From: Eledone cirrhosa | Lineage: Eukaryota | Reading direction: 5' to 3' | Assembly: GCA_964016885.1 (NCBI GenBank) | Contig: OZ024740.1 | Location: forward strand, 9,920,001 to 9,984,000 | DNA length: 64,000 nt | Part shown: positions 14,690-28,000 of the stretch, piece after piece | Position numbering within the stretch: the first letter of the stretch is position 1 | How the letters are laid out: the number at the start of each line of letters is the position of its first letter | Made by a program: the position numbers and the translations under genes | The notes under the pieces: model-generated | What the model was told of the DNA's origin: nothing | The model's input: the letters and a program-made list of their open reading frames with translations, nothing else | Databases searched by the model: none

Positions 14690-16550
14690 GGTGTTGTTGT
14701 TGTGGTGGTGGTGGTTGTAGTGTTGGTAGTGTTGTTGTGGTGGTGGTTGTAGTGTTGGTAGTGTTGTTGTGGTGGTGGTGGTGGTGGTTGTAGTGTTGGT
14801 AGTGTTGTTGTGGTGGTGGTTGTAGTGTTGGTAGTGTTGTTGTTGTGGTGGTGGTGGTTGTAGTGTTGGTAGTGTTGTTGTGGTGGTGGTTGTAGTGTTG
14901 GTAGTGTTGTTGTTGTGGTGGTGGTGGTTGTAGTGTTGGTAGTGTTGTTGTGGTGGTGGTTGTAGTGTTGGTAGTGTTGTTGTTGTGGTGGTGGTGGTTG
15001 TAGTGTTGGTAGTGTTGGTAGTGTTGTTGTGGTGTTGGTTGTAGTGTTGGTAGTGTTGCTGTGGTGGTGGTTGTAGTGTTGGTAGTGTTGTTGTGGTGGT
15101 GGTGGTTGTAGTGTTGGTAGTGTTGTTGTGGTGGTGGTTGTAGTGTTGGTAGTGTTGTTGTGGTGGTGGTTGTAGTGTTGTTGTGGTGGTGGTTGTAGTG
15201 TTGGTAGTGTTGTTGTGGTGTTGGTTGTAGTGTTGGTAGTGTTGTTGTGGTGGTGGTTGTAGTGTTGTTGTGGTGGTGGTTGTAGTGTTGGTAGTGTTGT
15301 TGTGGTGGTGGTTGTAGTGTTGGTAGTGTTGTTGTGGTGGTGGTTGTAGTGTTGGTAGTGTTGTTGTGGTGGTGGTTGTAGTGTTGGTAGTGTTGTTGTG
15401 GTGGTGGTTGTAGTGTTGGTAGTGTTGTTGTGGTGGTGGTTGTAGTGTTGGTAGTGTTGTTGTGGTGGTGGTTGTAGTGTTGGTAGTGTTGTTGTGGTGG
15501 TGGTGGTTGTAGTGTTGGTAGTGTTGTTGTGGTGGTGGTTGTAGTGTTGGTAGTGTTGTTGTGGTGGTGGTTGTAGTGTTGGTAGTGTTGTTGTGGTGGT
15601 GGTTGTAGTGTTGGTAGTGTTGTTGTGGTGGTGGTTGTAGTGTTGGTAGTGTTGTTGTGGTGGTGGTTGTAGTGTTGGTAGTGTTGTTGTGGTGTTGGTA
15701 GTGTTGTTGTGGTGGTGGTTGTAGTGTTGGTAGTGTTGTTGTGGTGGTGGTGGTTGTAGTGTTGGTAGTGTTGTTGTGGTGGTGGTTGTAGTGTTGTTGT
15801 GGTGGTGGTTGTAGTGTTGGTAGTGTTGTTGTGGTGGTGGTTGTAGTGTTGGTAGTGTTGTTGTGGTGGTGGTTGTAGTGTTGGTAGTGTTGTTGTGGTG
15901 GTGGTTGTAGTGTTGGTAGTGTTGTTGTGGTGGTGGTTGTAGTGTTGGTAGTGTTGTTGTGGTGGTGGTTGTAGTGTTGGTAGTGTTGTTGTGGTGGTGG
16001 TGGTTGTAGTGTTGGTAGTGTTGTTGTGGTGGTGGTTGTAGTGTTGGTAGTGTTGTTGTGGTGGTGGTTGTAGTGTTGGTAGTGTTGTTGTGGTGGTGGT
16101 TGTAGTGTTGGTAGTGTTGTTGTGGTGGTGGTTGTAGTGTTGGTAGTGTTGTTGTGGTGGTGGTTGTAGTGTTGGTAGTGTTGTTGTGGTGTTGGTAGTG
16201 TTGTTGTGGTGGTGGTTGTAGTGTTGGTAGTGTTGTTGTGGTGGTGGTGGTTGTAGTGTTGGTAGTGTTGTTGTGGTGGTGGTTGTAGTGTTGGTAGTGT
16301 TGTTGTGGTGATGGTTGTAGTGTTGGTAGTGTTGTTGTGGTCGTGGTTGTAGTGTTGGTTGTGTTGTTGTGGTGGTGGTTGTAGTGTTGGTAGTGTTGTT
16401 GTGGTGGTGGTTGTAGTGTTGGTAGTGTTGTTGTGGTGGTGGTTGTAGTGTTGGTAGTGTTGTGGTGGTGGTGGTTGTAGTGTTGGTAGTGTTGTTGTGG
16501 TGGTCGTGGTTGTAGTGTTGGTAGTGTTGTTGTTGTGGTGGTGGTGGTTG
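14690..16550. repeat. 32-bp minisatellite (GGTTGTAGTGTTGGTAGTGTTGTTGTGGTGGT)n
   Basis: Directly visible; the 32-aa period of ORF 14646..16574 equals three units. Confidence 0.95.
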
Positions 16551-16720
16551 AATATGCTTGACTATGGTAGCCATTTCTGTAGTATCAATGTGTATTGGAT
16601 GTGAAACAACCCCCTACTTCACCGCTAGTCTATCGTAAATATTCTCAGTCTGGGAGTAATTTCACTTAGATTATATAAAACTATTAAACTTCCATTGAGT
16701 CCATAAAGTTGTCAGAACGG

Positions 16721-17950
16721 TATCTGTTCTGTCACTACAGTTGTATACATTGACAGTAGAATAACGTTATCTGTTCTGTCACTACAGTTGTATACATTGA
16801 CAGTAGAATAACGTTATCTGTTCTGTCACTACAGTTCTATACATTGACAGTAGAATAACGTTATCTGTTCTGTCACTACAGTTGTATACATTGACAGTAG
16901 AATAACGTTATCTGTTCTGTCACTACAGTTGTATACATTGACAGTAGAATAACGTTATCTGTTCTGTCACTACAGTTGTATACATTGACAGTAGAATAAC
17001 GTTATCTGTTCTGTCACTACAGTTGTATACATTGACAGTAGAATAACGTTATCTGTTCTGTCACTACAGTTGTATACATTGACAGTAGAATAACGTTATC
17101 TGTTCTGTCACTACAGTTCTATACATTGACAGTAGAATAACGTTATCTGTTCTGTCACTACAGTTGTATACATTGACAGTAGAATAACGTTATCTGTTCT
17201 GTCACTACAGTTCTATACATTGACAGTAGAATAACGTTATCTGTTCTGTCACTACAGTTGTATACATTGACAGTAGAATAACGTTATCTGTTCTGTCACT
17301 ACAGTTGTATACATTGACAGTAGAATAACGTTATCTGTTCTGTCACTACAGTTCTATACATTGACAGTAGAATAACGTTATCTGTTCTGTCACTACAGTT
17401 CTATACATTGACAGTAGAATAACGTTATCTGTTCTGTCACTACAGTTGTATACATTGACAGTAGAATAACGTTATCTGTTCTGTCACTACAGTTGTATAC
17501 ATTGACAGTAGAATAACGTTATCTGTTCTGTCACTACAGTTGTATACATTGACAGTAGAATAACGTTATCTGTTCTGTCACTACAGTTCTATACATTGAC
17601 AGTAGAATAACGTTATCTGTTCTGTCACTACAGTTCTATACATTGACAGTAGAATAACGTTATCTGTTCTGTCACTACAGTTGTATACATTGACAGTAGA
17701 ATAACGTTATCTGTTCTGTCACTACAGTTGTATACATTGACAGTAGAATAACGTTATCTGTTCTGTCACTACAGTTGTATACATTGACAGTAGAATAACG
17801 TTATCTGTTCTGTCACTACAGTTGTATACATTGACAGTAGAATAACGTTATCTGTTCTGTCACTACAGTTGTATACATTGACAGTAGAATAACGTTATCT
17901 GTTCTGTCACTACAGTTCTATACATTGACAGTAGAATAACGTTATCTGTT
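16721..17950. repeat. 47-bp internally palindromic minisatellite, ~26 copies
   Basis: Unit GTTGTATACATTGACAGTAGAATAACGTTATCTGTTCTGTCACTACA; period 47; essentially one G/C variant site. Confidence 0.97.
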
Positions 17951-17989
17951 AGTATTAAATAGGTTTATTTACAATAGTTTATAACTTTG

Positions 17990-18182
17990 CAAATGGGGTC
18001 CCACGTGCTGGCCTCCCCCGGCGGACAGGATGGAGAAGGCGTTTCCCTGGAGGATTGCAAGGGATATGCGCTGGAAAAGCCATTCCAACTCGTGAGGCTC
18101 ACACCTGCGGTTGGCCAGCTCAGCGCCCAGGGTGGTGAATAGGGAGGTAGCCCTAGGGCCAAGGACACAAGAAGTCTCCAGT
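17990..18182 (-). mobile_element. CRE-like LINE 3' fragment
   Basis: ETSCVLGPRATSL...FQRISLAILQGNAFSILSAG. Confidence 0.75.
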
Positions 18183-18560
18183 CGGAGAGCAGCAGGTGTC
18201 ACTGTTTACAACGGTAACTTAAGTAATGTTGTCACTGTTGGATATCTCCTTCATCTTGTTCTACCCTCCGATGAAGGATAGTATCCCGAAATGTTATATA
18301 AGGTGGTTCTTCTTCTTCTTCTTCTTCTTCTTCTTCTTCTTCTTCTTCTTCTTCTTCTTCTTCTTCTTCTTCGTCTTACTATAAAAGAGTAAAAGTACTT
18401 GTATATATGCACACCCACACGCACGTCCACAAACGTATGTATGTATGTTTTACGTACCTATGTATGTATAAATAATTTACCTATATATATATTTATATAT
18501 TGCCTATATATATATATATATTACCTATGTATATATATTTAACTTTTGTTTAACTTTTGG

Positions 18561-18629
<69 letters not shown>

Positions 18630-18661
18630 TATACACACACATATTTTATATATATATGTAT

Positions 18662-18983
18662 ATATGAAAAAATTCAGGACCCCGGCGGCTGAGCTCCGGT
18701 TGTTTCAATAGATCTAGCTGTTGAAACGGTCGGAGCTCAGCCGTCGGGGTCCTGAATTTTTTCATATTACCCACTCTGCTACGCCAAGTATCGAGCACTC
18801 TGGTGAGTAATGATCTAACTGGTTTTTACCACTCCATCCCAACCACACCACTTGGGATGCCATCCAGTGCAGCCTGGCCTCAGTCAGGCTCATGCACCAA
18901 CACGACCAGCACCGCCTTGCCTGTTTCGTGCGGCCTCCAAAACCCACACTGGTGCCTGGCTCCATGCCCTGCCCTCCTTCTTA

Positions 18984-18988
<5 letters not shown>
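18662..18988 (+). mobile_element. Family A fold-back insertion in (TA)n
   Basis: Imperfect palindrome 18662-18767 contains GAAAC-ggtcggagctcagcc-GTC-gggg, followed by the tail ttacccactctgctac... Confidence 0.7.
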
Positions 18989-19046
<58 letters not shown>

Positions 19047-19250
19047 AATTAAAATACTAGAGTGTGTTGGAGTTACACACCCTCTTCGTATTATAGAAAT
19101 GACAGTAAAAGTATATATATATATATAAACAAAAATAACTAGGATTAAATTTCATGCGATATTGTTAAACTACTCTGATTGGAAATTAACCAATTGGTTT
19201 AAACTCTAAACTGTCATACTTAACTTGCATGTGTGTCTGTGTGTATATAT

Positions 19251-19317
<67 letters not shown>

Positions 19318-19318
<1 letters not shown>

Positions 19319-19378
19319 GTAGAACACTGGAAGGTAATATCTGTAGTGGTAGAGCACTCAGTCCATGGGACGAGTTAC

Positions 19379-19380
<2 letters not shown>
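19318..19380. repeat. Short dispersed repeat ggtagaacactggaaggtaatatc...ctcagtcca at microsatellite edges
   Basis: Also at 58864-58923 and, inverted, at 26958-27005; probably the terminal stub of another (TA)n-targeting element. Confidence 0.7.
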
Positions 19381-19419
<39 letters not shown>

Positions 19420-19513
19420 TGTATATATAGTGTATTTTGCAATACAATGTATGCTTAATTAAAAGTATTTTGAAGGCCATACGCTATTATCTTAAATAGC
19501 GACATTGTCGCTT

Positions 19514-19663
19514 ACTTAAATTTTCGGCAGACAGGGGGAGATAAGTTGACAGCGCTATTTCGTACTATTTGGTACTTATCAAAACTCACTACCCCCCCCC
19601 CCATTTGATAAGTACCAAATAGTACGAAACAGCGCTGTTTACTTGTCTGCCGAAAATTTAAGT
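19514..19663. mobile_element. Inverted repeat with two degenerate hammerhead copies
   Basis: Plus strand: TTGATAA-GTAC-caaata-GTAC-GAAA-CAGCGCTG-TT. The inverted copy ends GTC with stem I agtt/aact. The core has two changes from CTGATGA. Confidence 0.55.
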
Positions 19664-19929
19664 TAGGTACAATTAGAGCAGCTCATTGGAACTTATAAAT
19701 TAAAATACCCATAGGCAGATCTCACGCAATGCAGCCTCGACAGAAGAATACTACTCGACTATGGCAGACAATAGATATACCCAAGACACCATAGTGAAAT
19801 ACCAATATATGGAACATTACATTCATGTAACATTCTCTCCTTATTTTAATTTATATTCCTTTTGAAGTTCCGATGAGCTGCTCTAATTGTACCTAAGTTA
19901 ATTATTTTCAACTGAACCAGATCAATAAT

Positions 19930-20121
19930 AATTGTTTCTACTTTTGACACAAGGCCAGCAATTACCCAGTACATTACTGGTACTTTATTTTATTGACCCC
20001 GTAAGGATGAAAGGCCAAGTTAACCTCGGCGGGATTTGAACTCAGAATGGCAAGGGCCGTAACTCTATACGTCAAAGCATGGCATCCGACCCTCTACCGA
20101 TACTGCCAATCCACCGCCCTT
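19930..20121 (-). mobile_element. tRNA-derived SINE, family 2 (Meta-core-like), with 10-bp target-site duplication GATCAATAAT
   Basis: Reverse complement of the 20205-20390 SINE; gatcaataat at 19920-19929 and 20122-20131. Confidence 0.85.
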
Positions 20122-20204
20122 GATCAATAATGATCTATAATCATTTGATCCAGAAACATTATATGGAGTAGCGAAACAATTGTAAACGGACATTATTATT
20201 ATTA

Positions 20205-20395
20205 GTGGATTGGCAGTATCAGTAGAGGGTCGGACGCCATGCTTTGACGCAAAGAGTTATGTCCCTTTACGATCTGAGTTCAAATCCCGCCGAGGTTAAC
20301 TTTGCCTTTCATCCTTACGGGGTCGATAAAATAAAGTACCAGTAATGTACTGGGTAATTGCTGGCCTTGTGCCTAAAGTAGAAACAATTATTATT
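20205..20395 (+). mobile_element. SINE family 2
   Basis: A-box-like tggcagtatcggtag, B-box gagttcaaatcc, core gcctttcatccttacggggtcgataaaataaagtaccag, (ATT)n tail. Confidence 0.85.
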
Positions 20396-20568
20396 AATAT
20401 TATTATTATTATTCTCTACATTCCTTACATCAAACTAAAACTATGTTGACAATCTTTTAATGTCTTCCTTGTGAAATTTGTGGTCTTGTTTTGCTTAACT
20501 AATGAATATATACATACACACACACACATATATATATATAAGTTTTATATATATATATATATATAACT

Positions 20569-20643
<75 letters not shown>

Positions 20644-21154
20644 CGGAACCGTTCCCATATTCTCAGGTGGTCTCTTTATCAACACACACTGACCTTTAAC
20701 CTCACTCAGGCTGAGATACCAATTGTTTTGTTTGTGTTTAAAATGTTGCAATTTTGATTCCCTGCCTTTGTTTAAATTACCAACGGTCACGTGGTTAATG
20801 TTCTCTGGACACAATCCCCAGATTTTGACCCCGGGGAAACCAGAGAGGTTCTTTCTTCGATTTGCCATAGAACAGTCGGCTTCTTTGCTCTGCAACACAC
20901 AGACAGTATTGTTCACCATGTAGCCACACACACACACACATACATATATACACACACACGCATACACACACACACACACACTGCTAGCCAGTCATGCTGG
21001 CTACCAACTCCATAGGTTAGTAATTTCACAACTATTCTCCATTACACACACCCAATCAACAGACACACACACACACCCAATCAACAGACACACACACACG
21101 CACACACACACACACAATCAATACATCTCAACTATACATGTACCTTTTACCGTC

Positions 21155-21362
21155 TTGGCAGTATCGGTAGAGGGCCTGACGCCATGCTAGGACGCATAGA
21201 GTTACGGCCCTTTATAGTCTGAGTTCAAATCCCGTCGAGGTTACCTTTGCCTTTCGGCCTTACGGGGTCGATAAAATAAAATACCAGTCACACACTGGAG
21301 TCGATTTAATCAATTTTCCCCTCCCCTCCTACTGGACTTGTGCCTATATAAGAAACTATTAT
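21155..21362 (+). mobile_element. SINE family 2
   Basis: Same head, core and tail as 20205-20395. Confidence 0.8.
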
Positions 21363-21367
21363 GTTTG

Positions 21368-21945
21368 AGGACGGTGAATTGGCAGTATCGGTAGAGGGTC
21401 TGACACCATGCTAGGGTGGTGAATTGGCAGTATCGGTAGAGGGTCTGACGTCATGTTAGGGTGGTGGATTGGCAGTATCGGTAGAGGGTCTGACGTCATG
21501 TTAGGGTGGTGGATTGGCAGTATCGGTAGAGGGTCTGACACCATGCTAGGGTGGTGGATTGGCAGTATCGGTAGAGGGTCTGACGTCATGTTAGGGTGGT
21601 GGATTGGCAGTATCGGTAGAGGGTCTGACGTCATGTTAGGGTGGTGGATTGGCAGTATCGGTAGAGGGTCTGACGTCATGTTAGGGTGGTGGATTGGCAG
21701 TATCGGTAGAGGGTCTGACACCATGCTAGGGTGGTGGATTGGCAGTATCGGTAGAGGGTCTGACGTCATGTTAGGGTGGTGGATTGGCAGTATCGGTAGA
21801 GGGTCTGACACCATGCTAGGGTGGTAGATTGGCAGTATTGGTAGAGGGTCTGACACCATGCTAGGGTGGTGGATTGGCAGTATCGGTAGAGGGTCTGACG
21901 TCATGTTAGGGTGGTGAATTGGCAGTATCGGTAGAGCGTCGGACA
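21368..21945 (+). repeat. 45-bp tandem array of the SINE family 2 head, ~13 copies
   Basis: Unit ggtggattggcagtatcggtagagggtctgac(ac/gt)catg(c/t)tagggt; the last copy runs into a complete SINE body. Confidence 0.92.
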
Positions 21946-22302
21946 ACCCGATTTACGTCATAGAGTTACGGCCCTTTACGTTCTGAGTTCAAATCACACT
22001 GAGTTTTGCTTTGCCATTCGGTCTTACGAGGTCGATTAAATAAAGTACCAGTAATACACTGGTGTTGATTTAATCGAATTCCCCGCTCCCTAAAATTGCT
22101 GGCCTTCTGCCCAAATCCATTATTACCGGTGGATTGGCAGTATCGGTAGAGGGTCGGACGCCATGCTTTGCCCTTTATGATCTGAGTTCAAATCCCGCCG
22201 AGGTTAACTTTGCCTTTCATCCTTACGGGGTCGATAAAATAAAGTACCAGTAATACACTAGGATAATTGCTGGCCTTGTGCCAAAAGTAGAAACAATTAT
22301 TA
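21910..22302 (+). mobile_element. Two adjacent SINE family 2 copies (21910-22120 and 22128-22302)
   Basis: B-box and ggtcga...aaagtaccagtaatacact core in both. Confidence 0.8.
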
Positions 22303-22548
22303 CTGGACAGGATTTCGAAGTAAACCATACAACCAATAAAATATAAAAATTAGTGATGTTTTGTTCAATTTTAAATCCATGTGACTGGGAAAATGTGTTT
22401 TCCCCACGGCAATATCACAACAAGAGACTACAACTGATCAACCAACACTTCACTCACTTACCACTCACACTCATTAACACACACTCCACTCACTAGCATT
22501 GACTCGACCAACAAACCGAGTGAAACTCCAGAATAACACTACGTAGCC

Positions 22549-22637
<89 letters not shown>

Positions 22638-22654
22638 ATATATATATATATATA

Positions 22655-22701
<47 letters not shown>

Positions 22702-22729
22702 ATATATATATGTGTGTGTATATATATAT

Positions 22730-23480
<751 letters not shown>

Positions 23481-23497
23481 TTATATATATATATATA

Positions 23498-24484
23498 TTG
23501 TTATACTTGGGGAGGGTCATATTTGCGTAATATTGCCAGAATTAATAACAGAACACACTCACTGTTTGGTTGGTTTTCGCTTCTCGCTGTCTTTTATTAT
23601 ATCTGCGATCTAACTTACTCGGTCCTCAATGTTGCCATTGACTGACCGGCGGTCAAAAATAATACAGATACAATATAGACACAAACACATATATATAGTT
23701 TACATAATTTACATAAATCTTTCGTTGCACATCTGCAACATCGTCAGTGGTGTTATATTCATTGTTCCTCCTGTTGTGTTGTATGTCTACGCCATTTTTT
23801 TTATTCAGTCTGTCTATATATTTATTTATTTATTTGCTTGTTTGTTTATTTTATTTTGTCTTCTTTGCGCATGCGTTTGCGTGTGTGTATAGTGTTATGT
23901 GTGCTGTGTGACTAGTGTGTATAGTGTTGTGTCTGCTGGGTGACTAGTGTGTGTTTATGTGCTTGTGTATGTATTTATTTATCTTATTTTATTTAATTTT
24001 ATTTACTTATTTATACTTCTCTTAGGTCAGTGTTGTTTGTTTGGGTGTTGTTGTTGTTCCACTCATTCTTTCTGTTTAGCTTTGGTCTTCTAATTTCTAT
24101 TTCACTGGCCTCTCTGATTTGCCTATCTGCTGGGTCATTCCTATGTTTAGATATTATTCTAATTTCTATGTTGTCTATGTTACCGTCATGTTGTTGTCTA
24201 GCATGTTCGTATAGTACTGACCCGTTTTTTCGTCCTTTTAGTTCCCCCCAGTGTTGGTCTATCCTTTCACCTATGCTACGAGCTGTCTCACCTATGTATG
24301 TTGTTGTCATGTTTCTGCAAGTACCCTCTGTACATCTTATGCTATAGACTACGTTTCTAGTTTTACAGTTTATCCGGGGGTTCACCTTACATATGATACA
24401 TTTCCTATTGGTACAGTGGGTTTTCTTAAAAGGGTAGGTTTTGCTGATCAGGGATTTTATGGTGGTTCCTGGCTTTTCTACCAC
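23498..24484 (-). mobile_element. 5'-truncated Penelope-like element: GIY-YIG end of ORF plus 3' terminal region (family C)
   Basis: GIY-YIG ORF 24011-24484, then a 3' region with an HHR-like core CTGACGA-T-GTTGCA-gatg-TGCAAC-GAAA (23720-23748, minus); flanked by (TA)n. Confidence 0.85.
24011..24484 (-). pseudogene. PLE GIY-YIG endonuclease domain, truncated ORF
   Basis: CxxxxCxxC linker, CKTRNVVYSIRC, YIGETARSIGERIDQH, EH, R-x-I-x-E...P-x-LN. Confidence 0.9.
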
Positions 24485-24485
24485 C

Positions 24486-24530
<45 letters not shown>

Positions 24531-24537
<7 letters not shown>

Positions 24538-25720
24538 ATCAAAAGATGGTTAAAAGAGTTCCAAGTATTTTATTATGCGCATTTCAAAAACAAATATCAT
24601 CATGGGATGATATCTGCGTTCTCATCAGATAAAATAGGGAGACATGATATGAAGCTTAAAAAACACTTGTGAATAGTGAAGTTTTAAATCAACATATGAA
24701 AAATAAATTAAGATTGATGTATGAGATTGGGAAAAAGTGAGGGGGGTGGAAAAGGTAAGGAAGAGGAAGAAATGAGAGTAAAGGATGGTGGGGGAGGAGT
24801 ATAAGAAGGAAGGATGAGAGAGGAGGAGAGATGGGTGACAGAGAGAGAGAGATAGCCTTTACAACTGAGAAAAAAATATATATTGTCTCACAGAGAGAAA
24901 TTAAAAAGCCGTTGGAAGATAATAGATAATTTAAAAGAATTTGAAATTAAAAGTTAATCTGGTTTATGCATGAAGAAAAAGGAATTAAGAATAGTATTAA
25001 ATTAAGGTTTGTATATTGAAGAGTTTAATAATATGTGCGAGGAAAAGAATTTATTAATATGTATTATTAAAATTAAAATATTAATGATATTAAGGATATA
25101 ATGTGAAAAGAAGGAGAAGAATGAATGAGTTCTGAATTTAGAGGAATTAGTTAGGGTTTAAGTTTGTTTTTATGTATTGTAATATGTAAAAGTCAAATTA
25201 AGTAGTAGGTTTAAAACGAGCATGAAAGGATGGAAGAGATATGAAAATTTTAAGGAAGAAAAAATCTAACGTAAAAAAATGTATATGTTTACGAAGGACT
25301 TCTAATGGTAATGGGTAATTGCTGTTTACGAAGGACTTCTAATGGTAAAGGGTAATTGCTGGCCTTGTGCCTAAAGTAGAAACAAATATTATAATGTATT
25401 AAAAAAATAATTTTTATGGCCAATGATATGAGGAAAGATGGAAGAATGGATAATGTTGTGGTGAGTAATAATAAGAATTGAGAAGTAGTTGGGAAAAAAA
25501 GTACAGATTAGAGGTTAGAAATTAAAAAGAAAAAAGAAGAGAACGCACATATCATCCCATGATGATATTTGTTTTTGAAATGCGCATAATAAAATACTTG
25601 GAACTCTTTTAACCATCTTTTGATCTTATATATTTATACTCCAGTCCTACAAACTGTAGAGTGCTACTTATCTGATATTTACATTGCTTTATTGTGCTAC
25701 AATACAACTCACCTCCTACA
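24531..25720. mobile_element. Family B insertion: ~1-kb inverted arm, short direct arm and tail
   Basis: 24531-24622 is inverted against 25540-25631; same tail as 23394-23480; AT-rich degenerate body between the arms. Confidence 0.8.
24568..24634 (-). ncRNA. Minimal type I hammerhead ribozyme (family B)
   Basis: TTTTAT-CTGATGA-GAACGCAGATATCATC-ccat-GATGATATTTGTTTTT-GAAA-TGCGCA-TA^-ATAAAA. Confidence 0.8.
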
Positions 25721-25911
25721 TATATATATATATAATTTGAAGATATCGTTCTAAGTTTGACTAAATATAATAACGGGTCGTATAAGACGACTTAATGGAA
25801 TAAGATGGACATCAATAAATATATGGGACGAGCCGACACCTCTTGGCTATCAAACGAGTACACTACCATCTAAATATGAATGTGTGTGTCGTGGCGGGTG
25901 GGGGTGGGAGC

Positions 25912-25944
<33 letters not shown>

Positions 25945-25954
<10 letters not shown>

Positions 25955-25981
25955 AAATTAAGCGTGTGTGCGTGTGTGTGT

Positions 25982-26019
<38 letters not shown>

Positions 26020-26943
26020 TACCTATAGGGGCCTACATCATGCGACCGATTTTCATGAAACTTTACAGGCTCATAGATTAGTCACCGGGGAGTGTTTTCT
26101 ATATATCAGCGTATCGTTTTTTTTTATTCCGGGGTCATTCTGCAGATAAAAATAATATTTTGGGCTCTAGCTCCCACATTTTGTCACCGATTTCGTTCAA
26201 CCTTTAAAGCAAAATAGAATTTATCATTGCACATCCTGTAATAGCTTTATATTTTGCATTTGTTGTTCAGGGACGGCGTGGCAGCCGCTTAAATATTCAA
26301 AAATACCACTTTTAGATTCAAATTTCCACTTTTTCGGCTGTAGCTCCCACATTAATCAACCTACTTTGTTCAAATTTTACACTACGCTAGATCTGATTAT
26401 GTCACGTCTTAAAGTGGCTTTACATTTTAGATTTTTTGTTCATGAACGGCGAGGCAGCCGCTTAAATATTCGAAAATACCACCTTTTCAGTCAAAATTCC
26501 GCCTTTTCGGATCTAGCTCCTACATTTTTCAACCGATTTCGTTCAAATTCGAAACTTCGGCTCCACCTCACACATAAATCAATTTATTTGGTTCAACTGT
26601 TATACTACGATAGAACCTATCATTGCACATCTTAGAGATGGACAAAGGCAAAACGATGGCCACTGACGTCATCTGAGCTTTTAGTTGTGTATTTGAGAAT
26701 TCATCGGTTTCCAATCAAGTAGCGTGAGGAAATTTGGCTTAGTGTTAGAGGTCATTACCTCCCTCCCCCCACCCCTCGTCAGTCACCCGCGTTTCTCAGT
26801 GATAGAGGTCATCACCACCCTCCCCCGTATGGCCTGTGTGTGGCCATAGATGAGTCATCGAGAAGCAGTCGCTAAGATCAACACCTTTTCATCAAAGCAG
26901 ATATTATTTTACCTACCCAGGCAACGATGGGTACTGCTGCTAG
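25945..26943 (+). mobile_element. Non-autonomous Helitron-like element
   Basis: 5' tatatataaaatt + (GT)n; ccgattttcatgaaact motif; internal ~175-bp tandem subrepeats (tagctccYacatt at ~26168, 26341, 26514); 3' hairpin cccaggcaacgatggg then CTAG|T. Confidence 0.7.
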
Positions 26944-27004
26944 TATATATATATATGTGGACTGAGTGCTCTACCACTACGGATATTACATTCCAGTGTT
27001 CTAC

Positions 27005-27105
<101 letters not shown>

Positions 27106-27121
27106 CACACTAACATACACA

Positions 27122-27194
<73 letters not shown>

Positions 27195-27325
27195 TATATA
27201 TATATATATACTAACATATACACTCATATAAAACACATACATCTCGGCCGATGAGTGACATATTCCCAAGAGAAAGTCAAACAGGTTTCTAAAGTTTGTT
27301 TTACAATTTATTACAATGTCTGCAT

Positions 27326-27358
<33 letters not shown>

Positions 27359-27404
27359 TGTGTGTGTGTGTGTGTGTGTGTGTATAGTGTAGTGGTGTAG
27401 TATA

Positions 27405-28000
27405 TAGTTGTCAGCCGAGTCCATCATGAGGATCAACCCGCCGCCTTCATTTAAGAATGAAGAGGCGGTTTTCCTCTGTCTGGTTGCTATGGCGAAAGAG
27501 GTAATATGGTGGACGAGGTTGAAAGGACTGAGGACAGACACCTTTCTCTCCGGACAACAACTTATCCCCTGCTTTAAGTATCACTTCAGAAGGAAGGTGA
27601 GAGTGGAGAGAGAGGTGCTACACCCCACTAAATTCGCTGAAAGGTGGGTGAATGTGGCGAAAATGGCCCGAGTGAATGGCCCTTCTCTGTATATAATCCT
27701 GTAGGTTGAGGAAGATAAACAGAGGGAAGACAGGAACACCTACAAAACGTGTTCCTGGTGTTGAGGGTTGTTCTATCCACGGGGTGTAAAACAACCCCGC
27801 AGTAACGTCCCCCCCCCCTATTGGGGATATCGATTATTTTATTATATATAGTTTATTGTTATTTATTAATGTTAAAGTTATTTTTATGTAAAACCCCGCC
27901 GTCACCTCTTGTAATGTCCCACTTTTGTACGCCCCTTTGGCAAATAAAGAAATCTATCTATCTATCTATATATCTGTCTATCTATCTATCTATCTATCTT
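27405..28000 (+). mobile_element. L1/Tx1-like LINE 3' end: ORF2 C-terminus, 3'UTR, AATAAA and (TCTA)n tail
   Basis: ORF 27408..27704 is paralogous to 21..389; caaataaagaaa is followed by (tcta)n. Confidence 0.7.

Noticed and set aside
14646-16574. 642-aa repeat 'protein'
   Set aside because: The 32-bp unit is not a multiple of 3 and cycles through frames; it is a minisatellite.
16721-17950. CRISPR-like appearance of the palindromic tandem arrays (also 4362-5451 and 48257-52394)
   Set aside because: No unique spacers, no cas genes, eukaryotic context.
20639-20930. Possible solo LTR (TGTAAC...CA)
   Set aside because: Single copy, ends merge with (TG)n/(CA)n, no target-site duplication or primer-binding site; cannot be supported.
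21359-21946. 15-aa repeat ORFs
   Set aside because: In-frame reading of the 45-bp SINE-head array.
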